Source: Bacilli bacterium
Lineage (GTDB): Bacteria > Bacillota_I > Bacilli_A > RFN20 > CAG-826
DNA: 64,000 nt
Reading direction: 5' to 3'
Assembly: GCA_045226015.1 (NCBI GenBank)
Contig: JBGVBY010000004.1
Location: forward strand, 20,329-84,328
The translations under genes and the position numbers were made by a program. The notes beneath the pieces are model-generated. The model ran no database searches and was not told where the DNA came from. It was given only the letters and a program-made list of their open reading frames with translations. Of the stretch, positions 50,436 to 59,757 are shown one piece after another. Each line of letters begins with the position of its first letter. Position 1 is the stretch's first letter.

Positions 50436-51104
50436 TTATTTAATCATACCGATAATAGTCTCTAAGTCAACATCAAGAGTGACTTTAAAGTTATCTTTAT
50501 CTCCTGGAATATACTCCACTTCTACTTCGTTTTCTACCAGTCCAATATCATCAGAAAAAGAAAATTTCTTTTTACTTTCATGAGCAGCATAAATAATACC
50601 ATACTTAAACGATTGAGGAGTTTGGACATCATATTCTTCGTTACATAATGTAACTCTTCTTCCAGAATTAGAGACATTACTCATTCCATCAACGTGTTTA
50701 ATAATTGGACAAACCGCATCATATTTATCAAGCGCTTTAATGCTTTCATTAATGATAGATTGACTCACTAAAGGACGATCCCCATCATGAATTAACACTC
50801 TATCAAATTCACTACATCTATCTTTAAGAGATTCTAGTCCAAGTCTAACTGATTCTTGTCTAGTTGAACCTCCCACCACTACATCTTTAACTTTATTAAA
50901 CTTATAAAGAGTCACTAGTTTATTTGTTAAAAACAAATAATCTTTATGTGTTACTAAAACAATTTCATCAATAAATGGGTTACTTTCAAATTTCTCAATC
51001 GTATAAGTAACTAACTCTTTCCCATTTATTTTTACAAATTGTTTAGGAACACTGGAATTGATACGAGAACCTGTTCCCGCAAAGACGATAAGGGCGATAT
51101 TCAT
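50436..51104 (-). CDS. ispD: IspD/TarI-family cytidylyltransferase
   Basis: AGTGSR..PKQF, GGSTRQESV, IHDGDRP, VQTPQSF, NFKVT. Confidence 0.85.
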   Translation of the reverse strand: MNIALIVFAGTGSRINSSVPKQFVKINGKELVTYTIEKFESNPFIDEIVLVTHKDYLFLTNKLVTLYKFNKVKDVVVGGSTRQESVRLGLESLKDRCSEFDRVLIHDGDRPLVSQSIINESIKALDKYDAVCPIIKHVDGMSNVSNSGRRVTLCNEEYDVQTPQSFKYGIIYAAHESKKKFSFSDDIGLVENEVEVEYIPGDKDNFKVTLDVDLETIIGMIK

Positions 51105-51191
51105 ATAGATAATTTTAGTATTATTAATAATGTTTAGCAAAAAGAAGAGAGTAGATATATAATAACCACATAACCTAGGAGGTAAATATCA

Positions 51192-51371
51192 ATGGCTAAA
51201 AAGAAAGTCAGAGTCGATCAAAGCTTATGCATTGGTTGCGGATGTTGCGCAGGTACATACCCAGATGATTTCAAAATTGGTGATTCCGGTTTAGCAGAAG
51301 TCGTTAGCGGTGAAGGCGAAGAAGAAGCCGTTAGTGTCTGCCCAGTTGGTGCAATCTCTGTTGAAGAGTAA
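51192..51371 (+). CDS. Monocluster [4Fe-4S] ferredoxin, 59 aa
   Basis: Not in the ORF track. AGGAGG SD; MAKKKVRVDQSLCIGCGCCAGTYP...CPVGAISVEE (CxxCxxC...CP). Confidence 0.92.
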   Translation: MAKKKVRVDQSLCIGCGCCAGTYPDDFKIGDSGLAEVVSGEGEEEAVSVCPVGAISVEE

Positions 51372-51377
51372 TGATAT

Positions 51378-51417
51378 AAAAAAACCAGGTTCTCAAATTT
51401 AGAATCTGGTTTTTTTG
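51378..51417. terminator. Bidirectional terminator between ferredoxin and ribU
   Basis: A-run, CCAGGTTCT..AGAATCTGG, T-run. Confidence 0.75.
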
Positions 51418-51424
51418 TGCTTTT

Positions 51425-52189
51425 TTATTCCTGATTGTCAGGAACTACGTTTTCTTCTTCACTCTCTTCTTCCTCTTTAGTGAAGATATTTCCAACGAAC
51501 CATTTCTTAAAGAAATCACTTCTTCTCATAAAGGTAAAGATTAGTCTATTAAAGAGTAATTCATAAGCGAAGAAACATATTCCTGCCTTCATTAAGTTAA
51601 ATGGGATATAAACAAGGCATATCGCGCCTATATATGACCATCCGTTATAAACGGCTTCTTTATTTCCAGTGAGTTTAGCCGCGACTCGTTGAATCATGTC
51701 GTTATCAAAACAAGTTGAGAAATGAGGGTTATCTTTATCCATCATGATTGAGAAATATGAAGGAGTAATAAATAAAGCATTTAATACAGTCATCACAAAG
51801 GTCACTAATATAGCGATTGAAATATAAGTAATAATTCTAAATGTGATACCTTTTTTAAAAAATTTAAAAACGTGGCTGGTTAAATATAAACCAAGTAAAT
51901 ATAAACAAGATGTTACAAACGCGGTGATATCTCCGATACCAAGTCCACTTAATCCATGGACTGATAAATTAAGTAAAGTTTTGATTAAGGCAACTGCAGC
52001 TCCTCCAGGGAAACCATAAAGCGCATACGCGACAATTGTGACGATTTCACTGACTTCAATCTTAAGCCAAGGTGCTCCTGGATATGGGAATTGGGCAAAC
52101 GCCATTAGTACAAACCCTAAAGCAGATAAAACTGCAATCGTACTGATTCTAGTTAGAGTTTCACTAATGTTTCTTCGTTCACGTTTCAT
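51425..52189 (-). CDS. ribU: ECF transporter S component, riboflavin-specific
   Basis: AVLSALGFVLM, WLKIEVSEI, PFNLMK; preceded by an FMN riboswitch. Confidence 0.88.
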   Translation of the reverse strand: MKRERRNISETLTRISTIAVLSALGFVLMAFAQFPYPGAPWLKIEVSEIVTIVAYALYGFPGGAAVALIKTLLNLSVHGLSGLGIGDITAFVTSCLYLLGLYLTSHVFKFFKKGITFRIITYISIAILVTFVMTVLNALFITPSYFSIMMDKDNPHFSTCFDNDMIQRVAAKLTGNKEAVYNGWSYIGAICLVYIPFNLMKAGICFFAYELLFNRLIFTFMRRSDFFKKWFVGNIFTKEEEESEEENVVPDNQE

Positions 52190-52239
52190 AAAATAAAAAT
52201 CCTTAGAATAACTCCAAGGAAAACGAAATAGTATTACAT

Positions 52240-52343
52240 ACTTCTTTCATCCAGACTTTACTGTCGCCACTTGAATTACACAAGTTCCTGCATTTCTGCT
52301 CGCGGGGTATACCGCCGGTCGCGTTAATTCGCTGCCCTGAAGT
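52240..52343 (-). ncRNA. FMN riboswitch (variant aptamer)
   Basis: CTTCAGGGCAG..GACCGGCGGTATA..CCGCGAG..GTGTAATTC..CGACAGTAAAGTCTGGATGAAAGAAG; a downstream hairpin TCCTTGGA/TCTAAGGA plus T-run covers the ribU SD. Confidence 0.9.
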
Positions 52344-52362
52344 TAGTTTAATAATAAAACAA

Positions 52363-53055
52363 TTAAAGAGGTTTGTTAACAATATCCTTATACTCACGAG
52401 GATATTTTTTATTAGTAGCCTTTTTCTTACTAATCACGATATTGATTCTTTTCTCTTTAGAAATAGGTAAAGTAGCTTCGTTAATTTCACATATTTCAGC
52501 GTATAAACACGCAAGAGCCCGCTTGGATTGCTCTATTTCTTCATTTCCTTTAGCGCCTTTCATAGCGATAAAAACACCACCAACTTTGACTAAAGGAAGA
52601 CATAATTCTAATAGAACATTTAAAGAAGAAACTGCTCTAGCGATAACAACATCGAATTCTTCTCTATGAGCTTTTGCAAAGTCTTCCGCTCTAGCGTTTA
52701 CACCTTTAACATTCTTAATACCGTTATTACTAACATATTCATTTATGTGATCAATCTTCTTTTTTGTGGAATCAAGTAAAGTGAAATCACCTTTTGTGGA
52801 GACCGCTAAAGGTAAACCAGGATATCCTGCTCCTGTTCCAACATCTAAAACTTTCTTTCCGTCAAAATTAAAGAAAGATAAGGGTAATAAAGAATCATAA
52901 ATCATGAGTTCTCTAAAAGAATCTTCGTCTTTAATCGCTGTTAGATTAAATTTCTCATTAGTATCTAAAGTATCTTTTAATAGATTCTCAAAAACATCTA
53001 CATTAGTAGACACTCCTAATTCCAATAAATACTTTTGTAACTCTTCTTTAGTCAT
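52363..53055 (-). CDS. rsmG: 16S rRNA m7G527 methyltransferase
   Basis: NLTAI, DVGTGAGYPG, RAED, ARAV. Confidence 0.96.
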   Translation of the reverse strand: MTKEELQKYLLELGVSTNVDVFENLLKDTLDTNEKFNLTAIKDEDSFRELMIYDSLLPLSFFNFDGKKVLDVGTGAGYPGLPLAVSTKGDFTLLDSTKKKIDHINEYVSNNGIKNVKGVNARAEDFAKAHREEFDVVIARAVSSLNVLLELCLPLVKVGGVFIAMKGAKGNEEIEQSKRALACLYAEICEINEATLPISKEKRINIVISKKKATNKKYPREYKDIVNKPL

Positions 53056-54922
53056 GATTAAGGATCTTCTTGATATTCAATATTAACATAGAGATATCGC
53101 TAGGATTAACTCCTGCTACTCTACTAGCTTGACCAACAGTTAAAGGTCTAACCTTATTTAGTTTTTCTCTAGCTTCTAAACGTAATCCATTCATATTGAT
53201 ATAATCAATATCACTTGGAATCTTAAGTTCTTCTAGCTTAATAGAGTTTTGCATATCTCTCTTTTGTTTAACGATATAGCCTTCATATTTTTCAATGATT
53301 TCAATTTCATCAATTGTTTGTTCATCTAAATCATATTCATCTAATTGAGGAATGAATTTCTTTAGTTCAACAAGCTTAACTCCAGGTCTTTTAAGGAGTT
53401 CACTCGCTAAAATACCACCTTTGAGTTCATTAAAACCTAAAGATTGAACATATTCTTCAACATCTTTGCGCTTACCTAAATAAGTAGACTCTAAGATTTT
53501 AGTAACTTCTTCTATATTCTTTTTCTTATTTAAGAAGTATTTATATCTATCTTCAGAGATTAAACCAATATCATGGCCGATATCAGTTAGTCTAAGATCA
53601 GCATTATCGTGTCTAAGAAGTAAACGGAATTCCGCTCTTGAGGATAGAAGTCTATATGGTTCTTCTGTTCCCTTAGTAACTAAGTCATCAATCATGACTC
53701 CAATATAGGATTGGTCTCTTCTTAAAATAAGTGGCTCTTTATTTTGAATCTTTAAAGAGGCATTGATACCCGCCATAAGGCCTAATGCAGCGGCTTCTTC
53801 ATAACCTGATGTTCCGCATATTTGACCAGCGATATATAAACCCGACCATTTCTTTAATTCAAGTGTTGGTCCATATTCTTCAGTTTTGATTGCGTCATAT
53901 TCAATTGCATAAGCAAACTTAAGGAAAACAGCGTTCTCAAATCCAGGTAAAGATCTCACCATTAATTCTTGGACTTCTTCACTCATTGATGTTGAAAAAC
54001 CCTGCAAATACACGCTATCTGTATATCTACTCTCAGGTTCTAAGAAGAGTTGATGTCTCTCTTTATCCTTAAAAGTCATGATCTTACTTTCAATAGATGG
54101 ACAATATCTTGGACCCACTCCAACAATGTTTCCACTATATAAAGCAGCTTCATCTAAATGTTCACGAATAATGTCGTGTGTAGTTTTATTTGTGTAAATT
54201 AAATAACAGAGTTCTTGTTTCTCTAAAGGAATAAATTCCTTTGTCATAAAGGAGAATGCTAAATTACCAGGGGTGCCTGGTTCAACTTTTGCTTTAGAGA
54301 AATCAATTGAATCACATTTAATTCTAGGAGGTGTACCAGTTTTTAGTCGATATGTTTCAACTCCCATTTGTCTTAAACATTCGCTTAATCCGATAGAAGG
54401 ATTTTGTCCATCTGGTCCTTCTTGAATCTTTTTGTGACCTCTGAAAATATAACTATCCATATACGTTCCTGTCGCTAAAATAACGGCATTACTCGTATAT
54501 TTTTCGCCATTTTCAAGGATAACACCTGTAACTTTAGACTCATCATGGAGTAATCCAGTAACATGTCCTTGAAGTACAGTTAAGTTAGGAGTTGAGTCTG
54601 CTAATGTTTGTAAATATTCAGGATATTCAAGTTTGTCTTGTTGTGCTCTTAAACATTGAACTCCTGGCCCTTTACCGGTATTAAGCATCTTCATTTGTAA
54701 ATAATGATGATCAGCCGCAATACCCATCATGCCACCTAGAGCATCAATTTCTCTAACAACAATGCCCTTAGCACTTCCTCCAATAGAAGGATTGCAAGGC
54801 ATGTTACCCATCATTTTCTTATTTATTGAAATTAAAAGAGTTTTCATGCCCATATGAGCACTACTAAAAGCAGCTTCTAAGCCAGCATGTCCTCCTCCAA
54901 CAACAATAATTTGATAGTCCAT
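53048..54922 (-). CDS. mnmG: tRNA uridine-5-carboxymethylaminomethyl modification enzyme
   Basis: GGGHAG, CNPSIGG, KTGTPPR, GPRYCPSIE, GYEEAA. Confidence 0.98.
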   Translation of the reverse strand: MDYQIIVVGGGHAGLEAAFSSAHMGMKTLLISINKKMMGNMPCNPSIGGSAKGIVVREIDALGGMMGIAADHHYLQMKMLNTGKGPGVQCLRAQQDKLEYPEYLQTLADSTPNLTVLQGHVTGLLHDESKVTGVILENGEKYTSNAVILATGTYMDSYIFRGHKKIQEGPDGQNPSIGLSECLRQMGVETYRLKTGTPPRIKCDSIDFSKAKVEPGTPGNLAFSFMTKEFIPLEKQELCYLIYTNKTTHDIIREHLDEAALYSGNIVGVGPRYCPSIESKIMTFKDKERHQLFLEPESRYTDSVYLQGFSTSMSEEVQELMVRSLPGFENAVFLKFAYAIEYDAIKTEEYGPTLELKKWSGLYIAGQICGTSGYEEAAALGLMAGINASLKIQNKEPLILRRDQSYIGVMIDDLVTKGTEEPYRLLSSRAEFRLLLRHDNADLRLTDIGHDIGLISEDRYKYFLNKKKNIEEVTKILESTYLGKRKDVEEYVQSLGFNELKGGILASELLKRPGVKLVELKKFIPQLDEYDLDEQTIDEIEIIEKYEGYIVKQKRDMQNSIKLEELKIPSDIDYINMNGLRLEAREKLNKVRPLTVGQASRVAGVNPSDISMLILNIKKILNHD

Positions 54923-54924
54923 GA

Positions 54925-56322
54925 TTATCCTACACTACCTTCCATGTCCATTTTAATTAATTGGTTTAATTCAACTGCATATTCCATAGGTAATTCCCTA
55001 GAAAATGGTTCAATAAAGCCCATAATAATCATTTGAGTGGCGTCTTTTTCAGAAATCCCTCTACTCATAAGATAGAATAATTGATCTTCATTAATTTTAC
55101 TGACTGTAGCTTCGTGTTCAATGTATGAAGAATTGTTTCTAACATCATTATTTGGAATTGTGTCACTCTTTGATAAGTGATCAAGGATTAAAGTATCACA
55201 TTCAACGTGTGATCTACAGTTCTTAGCATTCTCTTTATGTCTAACAGTGCCACGATAGTTAGCGACACCACCATTTTTAACAATTGATTTAGAAATAATG
55301 GTACTAGTTGTATCATCTGCTTCATGAATCATGCGGGCTCCAGCGTCTTGGAATTGACCCTTACCAGCAACGGCAATTGAGATACAAGTTCCCTTAGCAC
55401 CTCTGCCTTTTAAAATACAGGCTGGATACTTCATATTTACTTGGCTTCCGATGTTACCATCAATCCACTCCATTTGAGCATTTTCATAGCAAATCGCGCG
55501 TTTTGTTACTAAATTTACAATATTTGTGGACCAATTTTGTACAGTTGAGTATCTGCACTTTCCACCTGCTAAAACGATAATTTCGACTACAGCGGCGTGT
55601 AAAGATTCTTTTGAGTAAGTAGGGGCAGTACAGCCTTCAACATAATGGACATCCGCACCTTCATCAACAATGATTAAGGTACGTTCAAATTGACCACTCT
55701 TTTCATTATTAATTCTGAAATAAGATTGCAATGGTTTATCTAAATGAACACCTTTTGGAACATAGATAAATGAGCCACCGCTCCAAACAGCTCCATTAAG
55801 AGCAGAAAACTTATTATCAGCAACTGGAATAACGGTAGAGAAGTACTTTTTAAAGAGATCTGGATATAGTTTTAAGGCCATATCAGTAGAAAGGAAGATA
55901 ACTCCCTTGTCTTCTATCTCTTTTAGCATGTTATGATAAACGACTTCAGACTCATATTGAGTAGAGACACCACTCAAATACTTTTGTTCAGCTTCAGGAA
56001 TACCTAATTTATTAAAAGTATTCTTAATAGTCTCAGGAACTTCATCCCAATTCTTAACCTCTTTTTCACTAGGTCTAGTAAAATAAGTGAATGAATCAAA
56101 ATCTAATCCTTTTAAGTCTGGTCCATAGTTAGGAAGAGGCATAGCTTTGAAGCTTTTCAAAGCATTTAAACGGAATTCAAGCATCCATTCAGGCTCATTT
56201 TTGTACTTTGAAATTTGACGAATAGTTTCTTCTGTTAATCCCCTTTCAGTTTTAAGGATAGAAACATCTTCGTCTTTAAAGCCGTATTTATAATCTTCTT
56301 GGAACTTGATGTCGTCCGTCAT
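54925..56322 (-). CDS. sufB: Fe-S cluster assembly protein SufB
   Basis: [34 protein letters not shown]. Confidence 0.97.
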   Translation of the reverse strand: MTDDIKFQEDYKYGFKDEDVSILKTERGLTEETIRQISKYKNEPEWMLEFRLNALKSFKAMPLPNYGPDLKGLDFDSFTYFTRPSEKEVKNWDEVPETIKNTFNKLGIPEAEQKYLSGVSTQYESEVVYHNMLKEIEDKGVIFLSTDMALKLYPDLFKKYFSTVIPVADNKFSALNGAVWSGGSFIYVPKGVHLDKPLQSYFRINNEKSGQFERTLIIVDEGADVHYVEGCTAPTYSKESLHAAVVEIIVLAGGKCRYSTVQNWSTNIVNLVTKRAICYENAQMEWIDGNIGSQVNMKYPACILKGRGAKGTCISIAVAGKGQFQDAGARMIHEADDTTSTIISKSIVKNGGVANYRGTVRHKENAKNCRSHVECDTLILDHLSKSDTIPNNDVRNNSSYIEHEATVSKINEDQLFYLMSRGISEKDATQMIIMGFIEPFSRELPMEYAVELNQLIKMDMEGSVG

Positions 56323-56756
56323 TATTTATTCTCCTCTTTAAGGATAGAATTAGCAGCGTTCCATCCAATTGTGGCGCATCTAATTCTTGCAGCTTGTTTA
56401 CTTGTATTAACAAACACAATTGCTTCATCAAGAACGTCATCATCAAATGGTTCTTCGTGCATCATGTGATTGTATTGTTCAATCATATATAAAGCTTGTT
56501 CTTTGGTTTTTCCCTTCATTAAATCACACATGATATCAGTGCTACTTAAGGAGATTGTGCATGCAATTCCTTCAAAACAAGCGTCTTTTACCATATTATT
56601 TTCGATTTTGAGGTAGATATCTAAATCATCAATACAGTTATCAGAGTGCATATGAACTTTAGTGTATCCTTCTCCAGTAGGAACGTGTTTATTAGTTGGA
56701 TTAGAAGAATGATCCATGATGATTGCTCTCATCATTTCATTAGTCAAAGTATGCAT
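56322..56756 (-). CDS. sufU: SUF system sulfur-transfer protein SufU
   Basis: IIMDHSSNP; three cysteines (NCID, ACTIS, RCA); operon position. Confidence 0.9.
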   Translation of the reverse strand: MHTLTNEMMRAIIMDHSSNPTNKHVPTGEGYTKVHMHSDNCIDDLDIYLKIENNMVKDACFEGIACTISLSSTDIMCDLMKGKTKEQALYMIEQYNHMMHEEPFDDDVLDEAIVFVNTSKQAARIRCATIGWNAANSILKEENK

Positions 56757-57972
56757 CTAAAATATCTCCCCCCTCATTAATAGCATTTACAAAAGCGTCT
56801 ATATCTTCTTTTGAAGTGTATAGATAAGTAGACATTCTAACTGTCGCGATTGTGTTGATAACGTTATCAATCATCTTTGCGCAGTGTTGTCCACTTCTAA
56901 CAGCAATGCCTTTAGAATTTAATAGAGTTGCCTCGTCTTGAGCGAACACGCCTTTAATATTAAAGGCGATAATCCCATTACGCGCATCCTTATTATATAT
57001 TTCAATATTGTTATTATCTTTTAATTTACTTAAAGCATAATCAAATAATTCTTGATCATGTTTTTGAATGTTGTCCATTCCTAAAGATTCAAGATATTCT
57101 ACCGCTGCTTTAAATCCCATAATCGCAGATAGATTAAGAGTTCCGGCTTCAAATTTGGCTGGAGCGGGTAATGGCTCTACTTCTTGTTTATTATTAAAGA
57201 CAACGTTCATACCTCCTCCAGTATGGAATGTATCCATTTTTTGGAGTAAATCATATTTACCAATTAAACAGCCAATTCCAGTAGGACCACACATCTTATG
57301 AGCAGAAAACGCGAGGAAATCGGCGTCTAAATCTTTAAAATCGGTTTTAATATGTGGAACGGATTGCGCTCCATCAACTACTAAAACAGCATTATGCTCA
57401 TGAGCGACTTTTGCTATTTCTTTAATAGGTGCTTCGTATCCCAATACGTTACCAATATGCGCTAAAGAAACAATTTTGATATCTTTGTCTTTATTAAATG
57501 CATTCTTAACTGCATCAACAGTAATCCTGTTATCAATTACATCAACAAACGCTACTTTAGCACCTGTTAATTCACAAATACGATACCAAGGAATGACATT
57601 AGACGCATGTTCTACTTCAGAAAGAAGAATCTTGTCGCCTTTCTTTAAGAACTTTAAGGCATAGCCATAGGCTACTAAGTTAATAGCTTCTGTATCTCCC
57701 GAAGTGAAAACTACTTCGTTTTCATCACAGTTAACGAATTTTGCGATACTTTGTCTTGTTTTAAGGACTTCAACATCCATGTTATAGCAAAGATCATAGT
57801 CACCACGATGACTATTCGCATTCATTTCTAAATAATATTTATTAATCGCATCTATAACACATTGAGGTTTGAATGTAGTTGAGGCGTTATCTAAATAAAC
57901 AAGGTCTTTTCCTTGCATCTTTTTGCCATTTAACATTGGAAAGTCTTTTCTAATCTTATAAACGTCGTACAT
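56740..57972 (-). CDS. sufS: Cysteine desulfurase SufS
   Basis: YLDNAST, EHASN, SAHKMCGPTG, RSGQHCA. Confidence 0.96.
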   Translation of the reverse strand: MYDVYKIRKDFPMLNGKKMQGKDLVYLDNASTTFKPQCVIDAINKYYLEMNANSHRGDYDLCYNMDVEVLKTRQSIAKFVNCDENEVVFTSGDTEAINLVAYGYALKFLKKGDKILLSEVEHASNVIPWYRICELTGAKVAFVDVIDNRITVDAVKNAFNKDKDIKIVSLAHIGNVLGYEAPIKEIAKVAHEHNAVLVVDGAQSVPHIKTDFKDLDADFLAFSAHKMCGPTGIGCLIGKYDLLQKMDTFHTGGGMNVVFNNKQEVEPLPAPAKFEAGTLNLSAIMGFKAAVEYLESLGMDNIQKHDQELFDYALSKLKDNNNIEIYNKDARNGIIAFNIKGVFAQDEATLLNSKGIAVRSGQHCAKMIDNVINTIATVRMSTYLYTSKEDIDAFVNAINEGGDILDAYFD

Positions 57973-58739
57973 TATATTCTTTCCTCGATGTTCTTATTAA
58001 TTTCATTAGCGGTCACTTCATCAAAGCCCTTTAAAATTGGCTTTAAATAACCAAGGGTAATGAGCAATTTTGCTTCATCCACAGTTAAACCTCTAGAGGT
58101 TAAATAGAAAATGTGGTCATCACTCACTTTTCCTACCACTGCCGCGTGACTTGCCTCAATATCATTTTCATCAATTTTAAGGATTGGTTTAGCAATAGCT
58201 TTACAGTCATTATCAAAGACAACAATTTTAGCGTTTTGATGACTCTTTGAATGGTGACAACCATTTAAAATATGGGATATTCCAGAGAAGATAAGTTTAG
58301 AAGTATCTTTACACACTCCATAGTTATCAATCTTACCAAAAGTATTTGGATGATTATGGAAAATAGACACTGCAATTTGTTTATCGTCTGTCTTGTCTGA
58401 AAGCGAGGCTAAGTGCCACTCGCAAGTCGCGTTATCTTTATTTAAATTAATAGCTGCTTCTAAATGATTAACATCTTTACTAAAATCAGCAAAATAGACG
58501 ATAATTTTAGAATTTTCTCCAATATTTGCCGTAAATTTCAGGTTTTTAACTGGTTTATTAGCAAACATCGCTAATCTTACAAATGAGTTATCTTTTACAT
58601 AAATATTGATCTCATTTACACTTTCAAAATTAGAGAGATTAAGTTCAACATCTTTATTAGACTCAACATCAAAAACAGTAGATACTTCTTCTACATTAAA
58701 TTGATAAGATAAGTTCTCTCTAACAATGATGCTTTTCAT
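57972..58739 (-). CDS. sufD: SufD (short form)
   Basis: PILKIDENDIEASHAAVVG, FYLTSRG. Confidence 0.9.
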   Translation of the reverse strand: MKSIIVRENLSYQFNVEEVSTVFDVESNKDVELNLSNFESVNEINIYVKDNSFVRLAMFANKPVKNLKFTANIGENSKIIVYFADFSKDVNHLEAAINLNKDNATCEWHLASLSDKTDDKQIAVSIFHNHPNTFGKIDNYGVCKDTSKLIFSGISHILNGCHHSKSHQNAKIVVFDNDCKAIAKPILKIDENDIEASHAAVVGKVSDDHIFYLTSRGLTVDEAKLLITLGYLKPILKGFDEVTANEINKNIEERI

Positions 58740-58751
58740 ATAGATATTCTT

Positions 58752-59570
58752 TTATTTAATTGATTCTTTAACAGCGCAAGTACCAATAGAAACTTCATTC
58801 ATACTTGCTTCTTCTTTTTCAATATTAATTCCAAGCTCAGTTTTGATAAATTCATAACCGTTTTGATCAATTCTCTTAATTAAGGATTTGTCACCATCTA
58901 AAACGATACGTCCATTAATCATAACAATCGCTCTTGTAGGTTGGATTAAGTCAAATAATCTAGCATAGTGAGAGATGACTAAAAATCCCATTCCTTTATC
59001 TTCTTGTTTGTTGATTGCGTCAGCGACAATTTGAATCGCATCAACATCTAATCCAGAGTCAATTTCATCTAACATTGCAATTCTTGGATTGAGTAAAAGA
59101 AGTTGAAGAATCTCATTTCTCTTCTTTTCTCCTCCACTGAAGCCTTCATTTAAGCTTCTTGTAGCTAAATCAAATGGCATCTTAAGTTCTTTAGTTGCTC
59201 CATCAAGCATTTTATAGAACTTATATGTAGAAATTTTCTCTTCGCTTGTAGCGTTTACCGCTGCTCTAAGAAAATCTGAATTAATAACACCAGGTACTTC
59301 AGCAGGGTTTTGTAATGCTAAAAATAGACCAGCTTTTGCTCTTTCATCGGTAGATAAATTGGTGAGATCTAAATCGTCTAAATATATGGTTCCAGAAGTA
59401 ATTTTGTATCTTGGATGACCCATGATAACGTTTAAAAGAGTGGATTTACCATGTCCATTAGGACCTAATAAAGCAACTGTTTCGCCTTCTTTAATTTCGG
59501 TAGTTACACCTTTTAATATTTCTTTTCCATCTACAGAAACATGGAGATCTTTGATTTTTAATGTAGCCAT
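58752..59570 (-). CDS. sufC: Fe-S cluster assembly ATPase SufC
   Basis: GPNGHGKST, NEGFSGGEKKR, LDEIDSGLD. Start ATG 59570 after GAGG. Confidence 0.96.
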   Translation of the reverse strand: MATLKIKDLHVSVDGKEILKGVTTEIKEGETVALLGPNGHGKSTLLNVIMGHPRYKITSGTIYLDDLDLTNLSTDERAKAGLFLALQNPAEVPGVINSDFLRAAVNATSEEKISTYKFYKMLDGATKELKMPFDLATRSLNEGFSGGEKKRNEILQLLLLNPRIAMLDEIDSGLDVDAIQIVADAINKQEDKGMGFLVISHYARLFDLIQPTRAIVMINGRIVLDGDKSLIKRIDQNGYEFIKTELGINIEKEEASMNEVSIGTCAVKESIK

Positions 59571-59690
59571 ATTTTCTACCTCAACGCCGTAATATTTTAA
59601 TTCCCTGTGTAGGACAATATCAAACAATATGATAAAAGAAATTACGTTTTATGCTCCTGCGTATAGCGTATGAAATAATTAAAATTATTA

Positions 59691-59719
59691 TTGCACGCGC
59701 AATTCAATATAAGTAAAAT
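59691..59719 (+). promoter_or_regulatory. Sigma-A promoter of the lipoprotein pair
   Basis: TTGCAC-17-TAAAAT, then AAGGAG SD before ATG 59758. Confidence 0.6.
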
Positions 59720-59757
59720 ATACACGCTATGTATTTTAGAAAAGGAGAAAAAACAAG

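Noticed and set aside
52203-52397. 64-aa ORF upstream of ribU
   Set aside because: Overlaps the FMN riboswitch and the end of rsmG; no SD.
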